Shown here: positions 10,020 to 18,570 of the stretch, piece after piece
Position numbering within the stretch: the first letter of the stretch is position 1
Layout: each line of letters begins with the position of its first letter
Virus record (IMG/VR): IMGVR_UViG_3300010354_000077
Length of the DNA: 64,000 bases
Source: a virus
Reading direction: 5' to 3' (one strand)
The notes under the pieces: generated by a model
Database searches by the model: none
Seen by the model: the letters and a program-made list of their open reading frames with translations, nothing else
Told to the model about the DNA's origin: nothing
Translations under genes and position numbers: made by a program

Positions 10020-10684
10020 TGCCTTGTACTCCTTCTTTTAAATTGGAAATGGGATAACCCAGTCAGTTTTACCAAACGCTTTATCAAATCAATTTTTATT
10101 TCTCTGGGCTTTTCTGGTACTTTACCTACGAAAAGGAAAGAATATATTTTCTTGGAGTGGACGGCGTTTTTCAGAAATTCATAAAGTCGCTTACATTCAG
10201 ACATATTTTTAGTGAGGATACATTCCAGGTCTTCCCCAGACTCCAAGACGATTTTATTTTTGAATGTCTTGACAGTCGTAAAGTCTTTGACGTATAACAA
10301 AAACACCTTTTCCAATAACTGTTCGACATTATATCTGCGCTTTTGGCCGTAAACGTAAAAGGTTTCTTCGACAAGGTACTCCTGCTGTTTGATTATCTTT
10401 TTTTCGGTGCCATGTTCTTCGACAAATAACAATAACTTCCTGTCCAAAGAAACAGCCTTCTTGTTGGCTTTGAATCTTTTAGGGTATGTGACATTTTTTT
10501 TATTTTCCTCCAAAGTTTTTTGATAAAAACTTGAAGTTTCCTTATATTTGTCGGAGGAAAACAATTTTTTAAGTTTTTTGGAATTAGACAAATAACACAC
10601 AAACATCCTTAAATATATGAACTGGATAACGATTTTACTCAAAAGCAGCAGAAAAAAGAAGCATATTATCAAAGGTATCGCCAA
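10016..10684 (-). CDS. Hypothetical protein (true start possibly the internal MFVCYLSN)
   Basis: 222-aa ORF with no recognisable motifs. Confidence 0.4.
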   Translation of the reverse strand: MAIPLIICFFFLLLLSKIVIQFIYLRMFVCYLSNSKKLKKLFSSDKYKETSSFYQKTLEENKKNVTYPKRFKANKKAVSLDRKLLLFVEEHGTEKKIIKQQEYLVEETFYVYGQKRRYNVEQLLEKVFLLYVKDFTTVKTFKNKIVLESGEDLECILTKNMSECKRLYEFLKNAVHSKKIYSFLFVGKVPEKPREIKIDLIKRLVKLTGLSHFQFKRRSTRH

Positions 10685-10898
10685 TATAGATGATAAACAT
10701 TACCTTTTGGATTACGTGGTCTTCACCAATTTTCAATGGTATGCAGCCTATGCAATCGAAGATCTTGAGACCTTTGATAAAAATAACGTAAAAAAAAGTG
10801 AGGTTAACTTGTTTTATAACGTCGAGACACGTACCTTTGCGTCAATTCAGGACGTACCTGAAGAAGTATTAACAAATTTTAAAACCGAACAAGATTAA
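10617..10898 (+). CDS. Hypothetical protein
   Basis: 93-aa ORF followed immediately by the next ORF. Confidence 0.35.
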   Translation: MNWITILLKSSRKKKHIIKGIANIDDKHYLLDYVVFTNFQWYAAYAIEDLETFDKNNVKKSEVNLFYNVETRTFASIQDVPEEVLTNFKTEQD

Positions 10899-10900
10899 TT

Positions 10901-11344
10901 ATGGCGTATACACCAGTCTGCGACACAACAGAAGAACTTTTTGAAAGCGTCTTCGCCGAAAGCTCATTGAGCCAAGTGATTAAATTTAAACTCATCCACA
11001 ACTCAAAACTAAAAATGAATCCCACGGGGTTTTGTGGGAAAGTAACCAAGACGCAAGATGTCATGCACAAAGCACTTGCCAACGAAGTAACATTACCAGA
11101 ATTTATCATTGAAATTAATGACGATGTTTTTATTCGTTTGAGTGATAATACTCAAAAAATTGTCATTGACAAAATTTTCGCTCAAATGCGCTTTGATTTT
11201 GAAAAAGATAAAGTGATTCTTGCGACGCCAGATGTGCAAGAATTTAGTGGAATTTTGATGAAATACCATTATGAAGCCATTGAAGCTGCAAAAATGGAAA
11301 CCCAAACAGCTTTTCAACAGCTGGCAGAAGAAAATAAGCGTTAA
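10901..11344 (+). CDS. Hypothetical protein
   Basis: 147-aa ORF. Confidence 0.45.
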   Translation: MAYTPVCDTTEELFESVFAESSLSQVIKFKLIHNSKLKMNPTGFCGKVTKTQDVMHKALANEVTLPEFIIEINDDVFIRLSDNTQKIVIDKIFAQMRFDFEKDKVILATPDVQEFSGILMKYHYEAIEAAKMETQTAFQQLAEENKR

Positions 11345-11652
11345 CGGGTTGCATCAAACATCCTGCGACGGAGTTCCGCTAACAGTTCTTCTCTTGTCTT
11401 TTTAACATTGTTTTTTTGGCTATTGACAGTCTGATTGACAAAAGACTTTGTTAGAGTTTCTTGGTTTGAAGTATTTGTTTTTTTATTTTTGCAAGAGCAC
11501 ATGATATATCTGTTTATAACAATAAATATAGTGACTTTACATTTTTATTGCTGTCAATTTGACATACACTCTTTTGTAAAAAATGTCAAGATGACAAGAA
11601 AAAACAGTTGGAACAGGTTTTGATTAAATGTTTGAAAAAAAACTTTTAGATT
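11345..11652. promoter_or_regulatory. Roughly 300-bp untranslated region with repeated TTGACA / TGTCAA hexamers and AT-rich tracts; candidate regulatory hub or origin-like region
   Basis: attgacagtctgattgacaaaag (11421-11445) and gctgtcaatttgacatac...atgtcaagatgacaag (11550-11600). This is the longest non-coding gap in the window. Confidence 0.4.
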
Positions 11653-12105
11653 ATGTTAGATAAACTCATTGAACAGTACCTTGAAATGTTGGCTAATAGC
11701 CGAAACACTACACGCCCTGAAATCTTTATTTACCGTTACTCTGTTGATTCCGATGGAAATATTACTGAATTGACAAGTAAGACTCCATATTCCAAACCAG
11801 TAAAATCTGAAAAGACGCTTTCTTTGGAGAAGACCATTAAAGAAAAGCGTAAGGAAATGGAGTTGCTTGCACAGAAAGAGAAATTTGAAGAAGCTATCTC
11901 TGCCAGACAGGAAATAAATGAGCTTCAGTTGGAACTCAATAAAAGTAACCGAAAAGACCTTGAGGATTACGAAAAGAACAAGACCGCTAAGGAATTGCTC
12001 CAAGACCTCAAGAAGCAACTCGAAAAGGCTGTGAAAGAAGAAGATTATGAAACCGCTGCAACTATTCGCGACAAAATCAAATCAATTTCTGAACAACCTA
12101 AGTAA
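11653..12105 (+). CDS. UVR-domain protein (two UvrB/UvrC-type UVR motifs)
   Basis: EKFEEAISARQEINELQ and EDYETAATIRDKIKSI match the UVR motif (hydrophobic-x-x-A-A-x-x-R-D). Confidence 0.5.
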   Translation: MLDKLIEQYLEMLANSRNTTRPEIFIYRYSVDSDGNITELTSKTPYSKPVKSEKTLSLEKTIKEKRKEMELLAQKEKFEEAISARQEINELQLELNKSNRKDLEDYEKNKTAKELLQDLKKQLEKAVKEEDYETAATIRDKIKSISEQPK

Positions 12106-12111
12106 TCACAT

Positions 12112-12150
12112 TTTTTTGGGGGGGGATTTACGTTCTCCCCCATATTTATT
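12112..12150 (+). terminator. T7-G8-...-C5 hairpin followed by a T-rich stretch after the UVR-domain gene; contains a G8 homopolymer
   Basis: tttttttggggggggatttacgttctcccccatatttattttt. Confidence 0.35.
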
Positions 12151-12166
12151 TTTAAACTAACTCAAC

Positions 12167-12625
12167 ATGAAAAATTTTATTCTCTTTGCGACCATTTTTG
12201 CATTTTTTACGGCCTGTAATTCGCCGTCCACCCCAACACCAGACCCAGCACCATTTTCAGAAACCGCTTATGTAACAATTACCGAAAATGATATTTCGCC
12301 GTCCACCCTCCAAGGCTTCCAAAACTACCGTTCACTATATTATATAAAAAGTGTAAATGAAGAACCAGAACAGTTGGAAGGCGAAGTGTTGGTTTCTGTT
12401 TCAGATACATTCGTTTATGTGACAGTGCCTAATCTTAAATCTCAAATAAAACTCTATGTAGTAAACAAAGAAATGAATGTTAAAGGTGAAAAGATAATTT
12501 CTGCTACCAGTGATAGAGAGACAAATATTCCAGACACAGAAATCACTATTAATTTTAGCAAGAATTTGATTATCATGGAATTTAAAAATTCCACATATTA
12601 TTTCTACGATTGTGAAGCACTATGA
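12167..12625 (+). CDS. Lipoprotein
   Basis: MKNFILFATIFAFFTAC: signal peptide with lipobox. Two motif copies lie in the Pro/Thr-rich linker (SPSTP). Confidence 0.55.
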   Translation: MKNFILFATIFAFFTACNSPSTPTPDPAPFSETAYVTITENDISPSTLQGFQNYRSLYYIKSVNEEPEQLEGEVLVSVSDTFVYVTVPNLKSQIKLYVVNKEMNVKGEKIISATSDRETNIPDTEITINFSKNLIIMEFKNSTYYFYDCEAL

Positions 12626-12867
12626 TAAATCTCCTATATGCGACAATCGCTGTTTCATTTGTTTCATGGTTGATGCTTTTCCTTTCGGTTAGCAGAACGA
12701 GAAGGGCATATATAAGAACCACCATCAGGAGGCTACAAAAGAAAAAACATATTGATGTGAAAGTGGTTTCGGATAAGTGGGGGGATCTTTATGGAAACGT
12801 CCTTTCGAGGTTCTATGACGAGATGATTTTCTTCTTTAAGAACCAGCAAAAAATTTTTAAAAAATAA
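12622..12867 (+). CDS. Small membrane protein
   Basis: 81 aa with an N-terminal TM helix and a basic tail. Confidence 0.4.
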   Translation: MINLLYATIAVSFVSWLMLFLSVSRTRRAYIRTTIRRLQKKKHIDVKVVSDKWGDLYGNVLSRFYDEMIFFFKNQQKIFKK

Positions 12868-12879
12868 TTGCCAAAATAT

Positions 12880-12909
12880 TTGCGGAATTTAGAAATAGCC
12901 GTACCTTTG
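12880..12909 (+). promoter_or_regulatory. Bacteroidetes-type promoter: TTG (-33) ... TAccTTTG (-7) upstream of the 12974 gene
   Basis: atttgcggaatttagaaatagccgtacctttgcag. Confidence 0.4.
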
Positions 12910-12940
12910 CAGAGCAAAACGGGTACGGTTATTTTTTTTC
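12899..12940 (+). terminator. Hairpin (CCGTACC / GGTACGG) plus T8 run; overlaps the promoter for the next gene
   Basis: ccgtacctttgcagagcaaaacgggtacggttatttttttt. Confidence 0.4.
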
Positions 12941-12973
12941 CTTACCTTCATTCTTAACTAAAAACTTTTCAAA

Positions 12974-13816
12974 ATGAAAAAAACTTCAGTTTTTGCTATT
13001 GATTTCCAAAACGATTTCATTGACATTCCGTCAAACCAACTCCCCCAAAATCCAGACGGTACTCCTATGTATTCTCCAGCACTTCCTGTTGCTGGTGCTT
13101 TGGAAGATGTAAAGCGTTTTGTTGCTTGGGCGACCAAAAACATTGACAAAATTTCCAGCTTTTATTTTACACAGGACAGCCACCACAACAACGACATTGC
13201 ACATCCGCAATGGTGGCAGGATGCTCAAGGTAATATCGTCAGCCCCTTCACACCTATTTCCTATGCTGACATCCTTGGTGGAAAGTATGTTCCACGTCGC
13301 TATATGAAGCAATCGAAAGAATATGTGAAGTCTCTCGAAGATCAAGGCGAATTTAGCCACTTCATTTGGCCTGAACATTGTATTGTGGGCACTTGGGGTC
13401 ACAATTTCCATGATGAAATCAATAAACTTAGAGAGACAATCAACCTGAAAGGCATTTGGCCTAACGTCGTCACGAAGGGTTCCAACCCTTTCACCGAACA
13501 CTTTGGTGCATTCAGGGCCAATATCCCACACGCACAAGACCCTTCTACCAATCTTGACTTCAACCTGCTCAACGCACTTATGGGTATGGACGAGGTTATT
13601 GTCGTAGGTGAAGCACGAAGCCACTGTGTTGCTAACAGTCTCAAACAACTTGTAGAAGAGGTTCCTGCTCTCGCACCGAAACTGGTTATTTTCGAGGATT
13701 GCATGAGCGATGTTCCAAATCTTCCAGCGGCTTTCTACGACCAAGTTCAAAAAATTTATGACGATGCCAAAGCCAAAGGCGTTCGTTTTGCTACAACCAC
13801 TTCTTATAACTTCTAA
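12974..13816 (+). CDS. Isochorismatase-family cysteine hydrolase, nicotinamidase (PncA)-like
   Basis: N-terminal VFAIDFQNDF (D-x-Q-N-D-F motif) and a Cys in ARSHCVANS. Confidence 0.55.
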   Translation: MKKTSVFAIDFQNDFIDIPSNQLPQNPDGTPMYSPALPVAGALEDVKRFVAWATKNIDKISSFYFTQDSHHNNDIAHPQWWQDAQGNIVSPFTPISYADILGGKYVPRRYMKQSKEYVKSLEDQGEFSHFIWPEHCIVGTWGHNFHDEINKLRETINLKGIWPNVVTKGSNPFTEHFGAFRANIPHAQDPSTNLDFNLLNALMGMDEVIVVGEARSHCVANSLKQLVEEVPALAPKLVIFEDCMSDVPNLPAAFYDQVQKIYDDAKAKGVRFATTTSYNF

Positions 13817-13828
13817 ATTCTTCTAACA

Positions 13829-14521
13829 ATGACTGAAAATAATTCTCCACTTACCTACCGTTACGGCAGCAACTTTGACCCTAACAACCTCGATACTGAC
13901 AGGGTCGTTCTTTGTGGTCTTGCAATTGATTGCTCACCTTCTATCACTTCATTTGAAGGCGAATTGACAAGAGCTATTCGCGCATTTGTTGACCAAAGCA
14001 AAACTCAAAGTTTTTCGGAGGAGCTTATGCTTCAGATGGTCACATTCTCAAGCGATGTGAAAATGGAAACAGGTTTTCAACCAATTTCCGCGCTCGATTC
14101 AAGTCTTATTAACATCACCAGTCGCCGTGGTTTGACTGCTGGGTATGATGCAGCCAAGCAGACACTTGATTCAATGCTTGCTTATGGCAAGACACTTGAA
14201 AACAGTGGCACTGATGTACGCTATATCTTCATCATCCTTACGGACGGCGAATTTAATGACGGCATGGATTCTAACGGTTCTTCCGTCTCTGCCATCCTGA
14301 ATGACATCAAAAAGGATGAATCGCTTTATGGTAAATTCAGTGCCTTCCTTTATGGTGTCGGAGATCAAGCTACTTTCGATGATGCACGTGCGCGTATGGG
14401 CCTGAAACCAGATGCCATGCTCACATTCGGTGCAACTGGCAGTGATTTCATGCGAATGATTGATTGTGTTTCCAAAAGCATTTCTCAATCTTCTTCTGGA
14501 AAGGCAGTTCCTACCTTCTAA
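13829..14521 (+). CDS. von Willebrand factor A (vWA) domain protein
   Basis: MIDAS-like VVLCGLAIDCSPS (DxSxS), TAGYDAAKQTL (Thr) and IFIILTDGEFNDG. Confidence 0.6.
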   Translation: MTENNSPLTYRYGSNFDPNNLDTDRVVLCGLAIDCSPSITSFEGELTRAIRAFVDQSKTQSFSEELMLQMVTFSSDVKMETGFQPISALDSSLINITSRRGLTAGYDAAKQTLDSMLAYGKTLENSGTDVRYIFIILTDGEFNDGMDSNGSSVSAILNDIKKDESLYGKFSAFLYGVGDQATFDDARARMGLKPDAMLTFGATGSDFMRMIDCVSKSISQSSSGKAVPTF

Positions 14522-14538
14522 TATCTTTTGTAACCTTT

Positions 14539-14568
14539 GGCGGGTAGAATTTCTACCCGCCATTTTTT
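14539..14568 (+). terminator. Rho-independent terminator: 9-bp GC-rich stem plus T6
   Basis: ggcgggtagaatttctacccgccatttttt. Confidence 0.7.
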
Positions 14569-14580
14569 AAATAAACTCTT

Positions 14581-15324
14581 ATGTTATCTGCTGTAACAAG
14601 AAAATCTGATAAACACATCAATTGGTGTGAAGACAACCATTATGTCTTTGAAAACGATAAAATAATTTTTGGTGCGGCCTTCGATGGTTGTTCTACTGGT
14701 GTGAATAGTGAATGGGCATCAAAAACACTTTCTTTGATTTTTAAACAACATGAATATGTTTATTCTGGTTGGGATTTTTCGAAAGGATTTAATGCTGACA
14801 GGTTGATAAACAATTTTCTGTTGGAAGATGTCTTGGATAAAATGGTGACTTTATACGCCGAACTAAATTTAACACATCTTGACTTCCTTTCCACAATAGT
14901 TGTTTTCCTTTATGATAAAGAAAGCAAATGTTTATATGTAAAATTCCTTGGGGATGGTTTTGTTTTTTATCGGGGAATCAACGGTGAAATTATAGAGATT
15001 GGAAATGATGAAGATAATATGCCGAATTATTTGGCTTACCTTATTAATGAACCATTTCCAGAAGTGATAGACAATATTAAGGAAAGGGTTAGTTATCTAA
15101 TCAATGATGTTGAAGATTTTAGTATCTGCACAGACGGTATCAAATCCTTCACTTATAAAATCGACCCTGAAGGTTTGGAACTACGAGACCCAATTCGTTT
15201 TTTGATAGATGATGAAACGATGGCACACCAAGAAAAAGGGTTGATAAAAAAAGTCAACATTCTCAAAAAAGAAGGCTGGTTGTTACAAGATGATTTAACT
15301 GTTATCCGTTATAAAAAACAATAA
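14581..15324 (+). CDS. PP2C-family Ser/Thr phosphatase-like protein
   Basis: GAAFDGCSTGVNSEWAS (resembles vFDGHGG..AA), FLGDGFVFY (GD motif) and ICTDGI (DG motif). Confidence 0.5.
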   Translation: MLSAVTRKSDKHINWCEDNHYVFENDKIIFGAAFDGCSTGVNSEWASKTLSLIFKQHEYVYSGWDFSKGFNADRLINNFLLEDVLDKMVTLYAELNLTHLDFLSTIVVFLYDKESKCLYVKFLGDGFVFYRGINGEIIEIGNDEDNMPNYLAYLINEPFPEVIDNIKERVSYLINDVEDFSICTDGIKSFTYKIDPEGLELRDPIRFLIDDETMAHQEKGLIKKVNILKKEGWLLQDDLTVIRYKKQ

Positions 15325-15326
15325 AA

Positions 15327-16985
15327 ATGGCAAACAAATATTTTTACCAAGACGGCACAAGTATAACACTTGAAGATAAACACAAGTTTGCTTCGGGTGG
15401 TGAAGGTAGTGTGTATATGCACCCTTCGTCGAAGGACAAATGTGTGAAGATTTATCACACCCCTAAAAAAGGAGATGTTGCTGATTTATATAAAGACCTC
15501 ATTGCACTTGATGGAAAATATTTTATCAAACCCGAAAGGCTACTCTTTTCCCAAAAAAACGACCTTGTTGGTTTTGAGATGAAATATGTGGATACATCCA
15601 ACTTCTTCATTTTGAAAAAATTGACTACGAAGAATTTCTCTTTGCAGAATGGTTATGATAAATCGTTTAAGTTCAGTGTCTATAAGAATCTCAAGGCGGC
15701 GGTTGAATCTGCTCACAAGTGTGGTGTTGTTATTGGCGACTTGAATCCCTATAACATCCTTGTGGATAATCGTGGTAATATTTTATTTGTTGACGTTGAC
15801 AGTTACGCTACCAAGAACAAAAAGCATAGTGGTGTCCTTCTGGAAGACATTCGAGACTGGTTGTTTCATCCTTCAATAGATGATAAAACAGATGCTTTTG
15901 CTTTCAATGTATTGATTTTTTGGATGTTTACTTATTTGCATCCTTTCAGGGGGAATACATCGAAATATAAAGACCTTGAGGAACGGGTTGCAAAGAAAGC
16001 ATCTGTACTTTCCAATATCCCAGATTTGGTTACTCCTGCTGTTTATGAACCGTTTATTAATAAGGATATTATTAAACAGTTCTCGGAGGTTTTTGATGGT
16101 GGACGGCGATTTCTGGTAGATATGGTTAATGCAGGGGTTATTCCAACAGATATGGGTGCACCTGTACCAACCAATCTTTCCTCAAAGGACTTGTATATCC
16201 GTTTGATTTTGGAAAAGGTTATTGGAGTAGATGCCAATGAAGACATTTTGGTTGCTACATTGAATGATGAACACAAAGTCTTCGATGTCTCCAACTACGG
16301 TGTCTATAATCAAAAAGATGCTTTTGTGGCTGATGCTGTTTTCCTTGGAAACAAGAATTATATGAAGAGGGTTGGGAACACATATTATGTCAATAACACC
16401 CCAATCAAAAATATCGAATATAATTCGAAGATTCGGGAAACAAATATGAATGGCAGCTTGTTCATGTTGAACACGCAGGATGATTTTGCTTATAAGGTCG
16501 CTGTTGACAATGTTTTGGGATCATCCATACAGGCAGACAGAATGGTTGTTTTTTCGCCGTCCATCTCCCAACACGACTCAATAGTCGCTTTCATAGGGGA
16601 TAACTATTGGTTGTTCATTCCAAACGGAATCAACCATAATCTTGTGAAGACAAATCTCAATATTGTAAACGCTTATTACAGGGGCTGTGTCTTTTGCATA
16701 GAATACCTTGAAAACAAGCAGACAAAATATGGGTTGTTTAAAATCTTTGGAACATCAATTGAAAAAGTAAAAGATTTAACAGATTTTTCTTACTTCGACG
16801 TGAAAAATAACTTTATATTTGTACCCAATAACGGAAGTATTGATTTGATTTCGACTATAAACGGGTCTTTGGCTATGACAATTGATTGCCCAGTTTCGAC
16901 AGTCGAATCGAAGATATTCCACACGAAAGCTGGAATGTTCCTTTATGAAGGTGATAAAATCTACTTTATTAACAGAAAAAATTAA
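15327..16985 (+). CDS. Ser/Thr protein kinase-like protein (N-terminal kinase domain, about 250-aa C-terminal extension)
   Basis: Gly loop ASGGEGSVY; VAIK-like CVKIY; catalytic loop IGDLNPYNILV; DFG-equivalent DVDS. Confidence 0.65.
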   Translation: MANKYFYQDGTSITLEDKHKFASGGEGSVYMHPSSKDKCVKIYHTPKKGDVADLYKDLIALDGKYFIKPERLLFSQKNDLVGFEMKYVDTSNFFILKKLTTKNFSLQNGYDKSFKFSVYKNLKAAVESAHKCGVVIGDLNPYNILVDNRGNILFVDVDSYATKNKKHSGVLLEDIRDWLFHPSIDDKTDAFAFNVLIFWMFTYLHPFRGNTSKYKDLEERVAKKASVLSNIPDLVTPAVYEPFINKDIIKQFSEVFDGGRRFLVDMVNAGVIPTDMGAPVPTNLSSKDLYIRLILEKVIGVDANEDILVATLNDEHKVFDVSNYGVYNQKDAFVADAVFLGNKNYMKRVGNTYYVNNTPIKNIEYNSKIRETNMNGSLFMLNTQDDFAYKVAVDNVLGSSIQADRMVVFSPSISQHDSIVAFIGDNYWLFIPNGINHNLVKTNLNIVNAYYRGCVFCIEYLENKQTKYGLFKIFGTSIEKVKDLTDFSYFDVKNNFIFVPNNGSIDLISTINGSLAMTIDCPVSTVESKIFHTKAGMFLYEGDKIYFINRKN

Positions 16986-16988
16986 GCT

Positions 16989-17621
16989 ATGGAAATTTTT
17001 GGTATTCTGCCTTGGGTTATACTCTCTGCAATCTGTCTTTACTTTGCAACGAAAATTGTAAAAAAAACAACACACGTTGTTGTGGAACCCAAGGTAGAAT
17101 CCAAAGTCCACACAGTGATTCAAATGACGCACAAGATGTCAAATATTATATATTTTAACGGCGATGTTTTGGAGGCAATAAAGACTTCCAAAGACGAACA
17201 CACCACAAAGATTCTTTTACATATTTGTAATAACAAAGGGGGTTGGGGGGCTGGATTTGTACTGGCCCTCTCTAAGGTCTGGCCGCAACCAGAAGCAACT
17301 TACAGATTAGCATACAAAGCGAAGAACGAGTGTTTTTTGGGAGATATTCAGGTGACGAAGGTGGATAAGGGAATTTATGTGGTAAGCATGATTGCCCAAG
17401 ACGGATACAAAACGCCGTCCAACCCACACCCATTAAATTATGACGCCTTACAATCATGTTTGGAAAAAATAATGCAATGGATAAATGATAAGGAGGTGGA
17501 GTTTCCAGTTATTTACGGTCCAAAGTTCGGAACAGGTTTAGCAGGTGGAGATTGGATTTTAATTTCTGAATATCTTAAACAAATCCTCGGTGAAGTACAA
17601 ATAAACATATATGAAATATAG
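16989..17621 (+). CDS. Macro-domain-like protein (ADP-ribose binding/processing) with an N-terminal TM helix
   Basis: NGDVLEA...ILLHICNNKGGWGAGFVLALS resembles the macro motif GDI..AIVNAAN..GGGV..AI. Confidence 0.4.
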   Translation: MEIFGILPWVILSAICLYFATKIVKKTTHVVVEPKVESKVHTVIQMTHKMSNIIYFNGDVLEAIKTSKDEHTTKILLHICNNKGGWGAGFVLALSKVWPQPEATYRLAYKAKNECFLGDIQVTKVDKGIYVVSMIAQDGYKTPSNPHPLNYDALQSCLEKIMQWINDKEVEFPVIYGPKFGTGLAGGDWILISEYLKQILGEVQINIYEI

Positions 17622-18150
17622 AACTACTTTAATCTTCTTTTTAATCAATGTTATAATCCATATAATAGTTAATTCGTTGACGAACAATGATGGGAAAATA
17701 TTTCTGGACTATGTGAGATTTGATTCAGATAATCCCATTTATACAACAGTGACCTACTCTTTCGTACATCTTAGCAATGAACACTTGTTGTCTAATATGA
17801 TGGTCTTTGTGCTTTATAGTTCTCTTTTGGAGGATGTTTTAAATGGACGGCAATTGACTTTTTTGTATATTGGTGGGGCTATTGGTGGCGCACTTTTATA
17901 CGCTACTTTTTGTAGTCAGTATGTTGGATTAGTGGGTGCTTCCGCTGCTTGCTTTTCTTTTGTAGCAGCTTCAATGATTTTAAAATTCAAACCAATACTT
18001 TTCGTTATAACTTTGTTTTTTCTTTATAAAGAAGTATTTGCTCTTATCGTATATCCACTGGAAATAATCCCCACACAAGTTTCTCACTTGGGGGGATTTA
18101 TTTTTGGGATTTTTTTTGCAACCGTTATTAAAATCGAAAAACATGACTAA
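17611..18150 (+). CDS. Rhomboid-family intramembrane serine protease-like protein
   Basis: LVGASAACF (GxSx serine motif) and SHLGGFIFG (catalytic His, AHxxGxxxG) within six or more TM helices. Confidence 0.45.
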   Translation: MKYRTTLIFFLINVIIHIIVNSLTNNDGKIFLDYVRFDSDNPIYTTVTYSFVHLSNEHLLSNMMVFVLYSSLLEDVLNGRQLTFLYIGGAIGGALLYATFCSQYVGLVGASAACFSFVAASMILKFKPILFVITLFFLYKEVFALIVYPLEIIPTQVSHLGGFIFGIFFATVIKIEKHD

Positions 18151-18535
18151 ACTTACATTCTTTCTCCTTTTCTTACTTTCTTTGGTCTTCGGTTATGAAT
18201 ATTGTCAAGGAATCATGGAAACAAAAAGTCGGGAGAACATTGTCTATGATGTCAAACTGGTTAACAAGGAAGACAATTTCTTTGTGGTAGAAGCATCAAA
18301 ACCACTTCCAAGGAAGAAAAACAAACTATTATATAAAATCCCTTTGGACATTATCAAACCTGAATTTAGGACTAAGATAAAAGCCAATAGCGACATTTAC
18401 TTTACATCGAATATCGAATGTAACGATGACAAAAAATGTGAGCGCCTTTTTTTCGCCGTCCACCTCAACCTCAAAGGCAAAAGAATAACCCAGACCTTTG
18501 ACGAACCATTTGTAGCTGAAATATATTTCCAATAG
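18143..18535 (+). CDS. Secreted protein (ORF 18104..18535 trimmed to MTKLTFFLLF)
   Basis: N-terminal signal peptide. Confidence 0.4.
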   Translation: MTKLTFFLLFLLSLVFGYEYCQGIMETKSRENIVYDVKLVNKEDNFFVVEASKPLPRKKNKLLYKIPLDIIKPEFRTKIKANSDIYFTSNIECNDDKKCERLFFAVHLNLKGKRITQTFDEPFVAEIYFQ

Positions 18536-18570
18536 TAAAATATTTATATTGAAATATATCTTCACATAAT

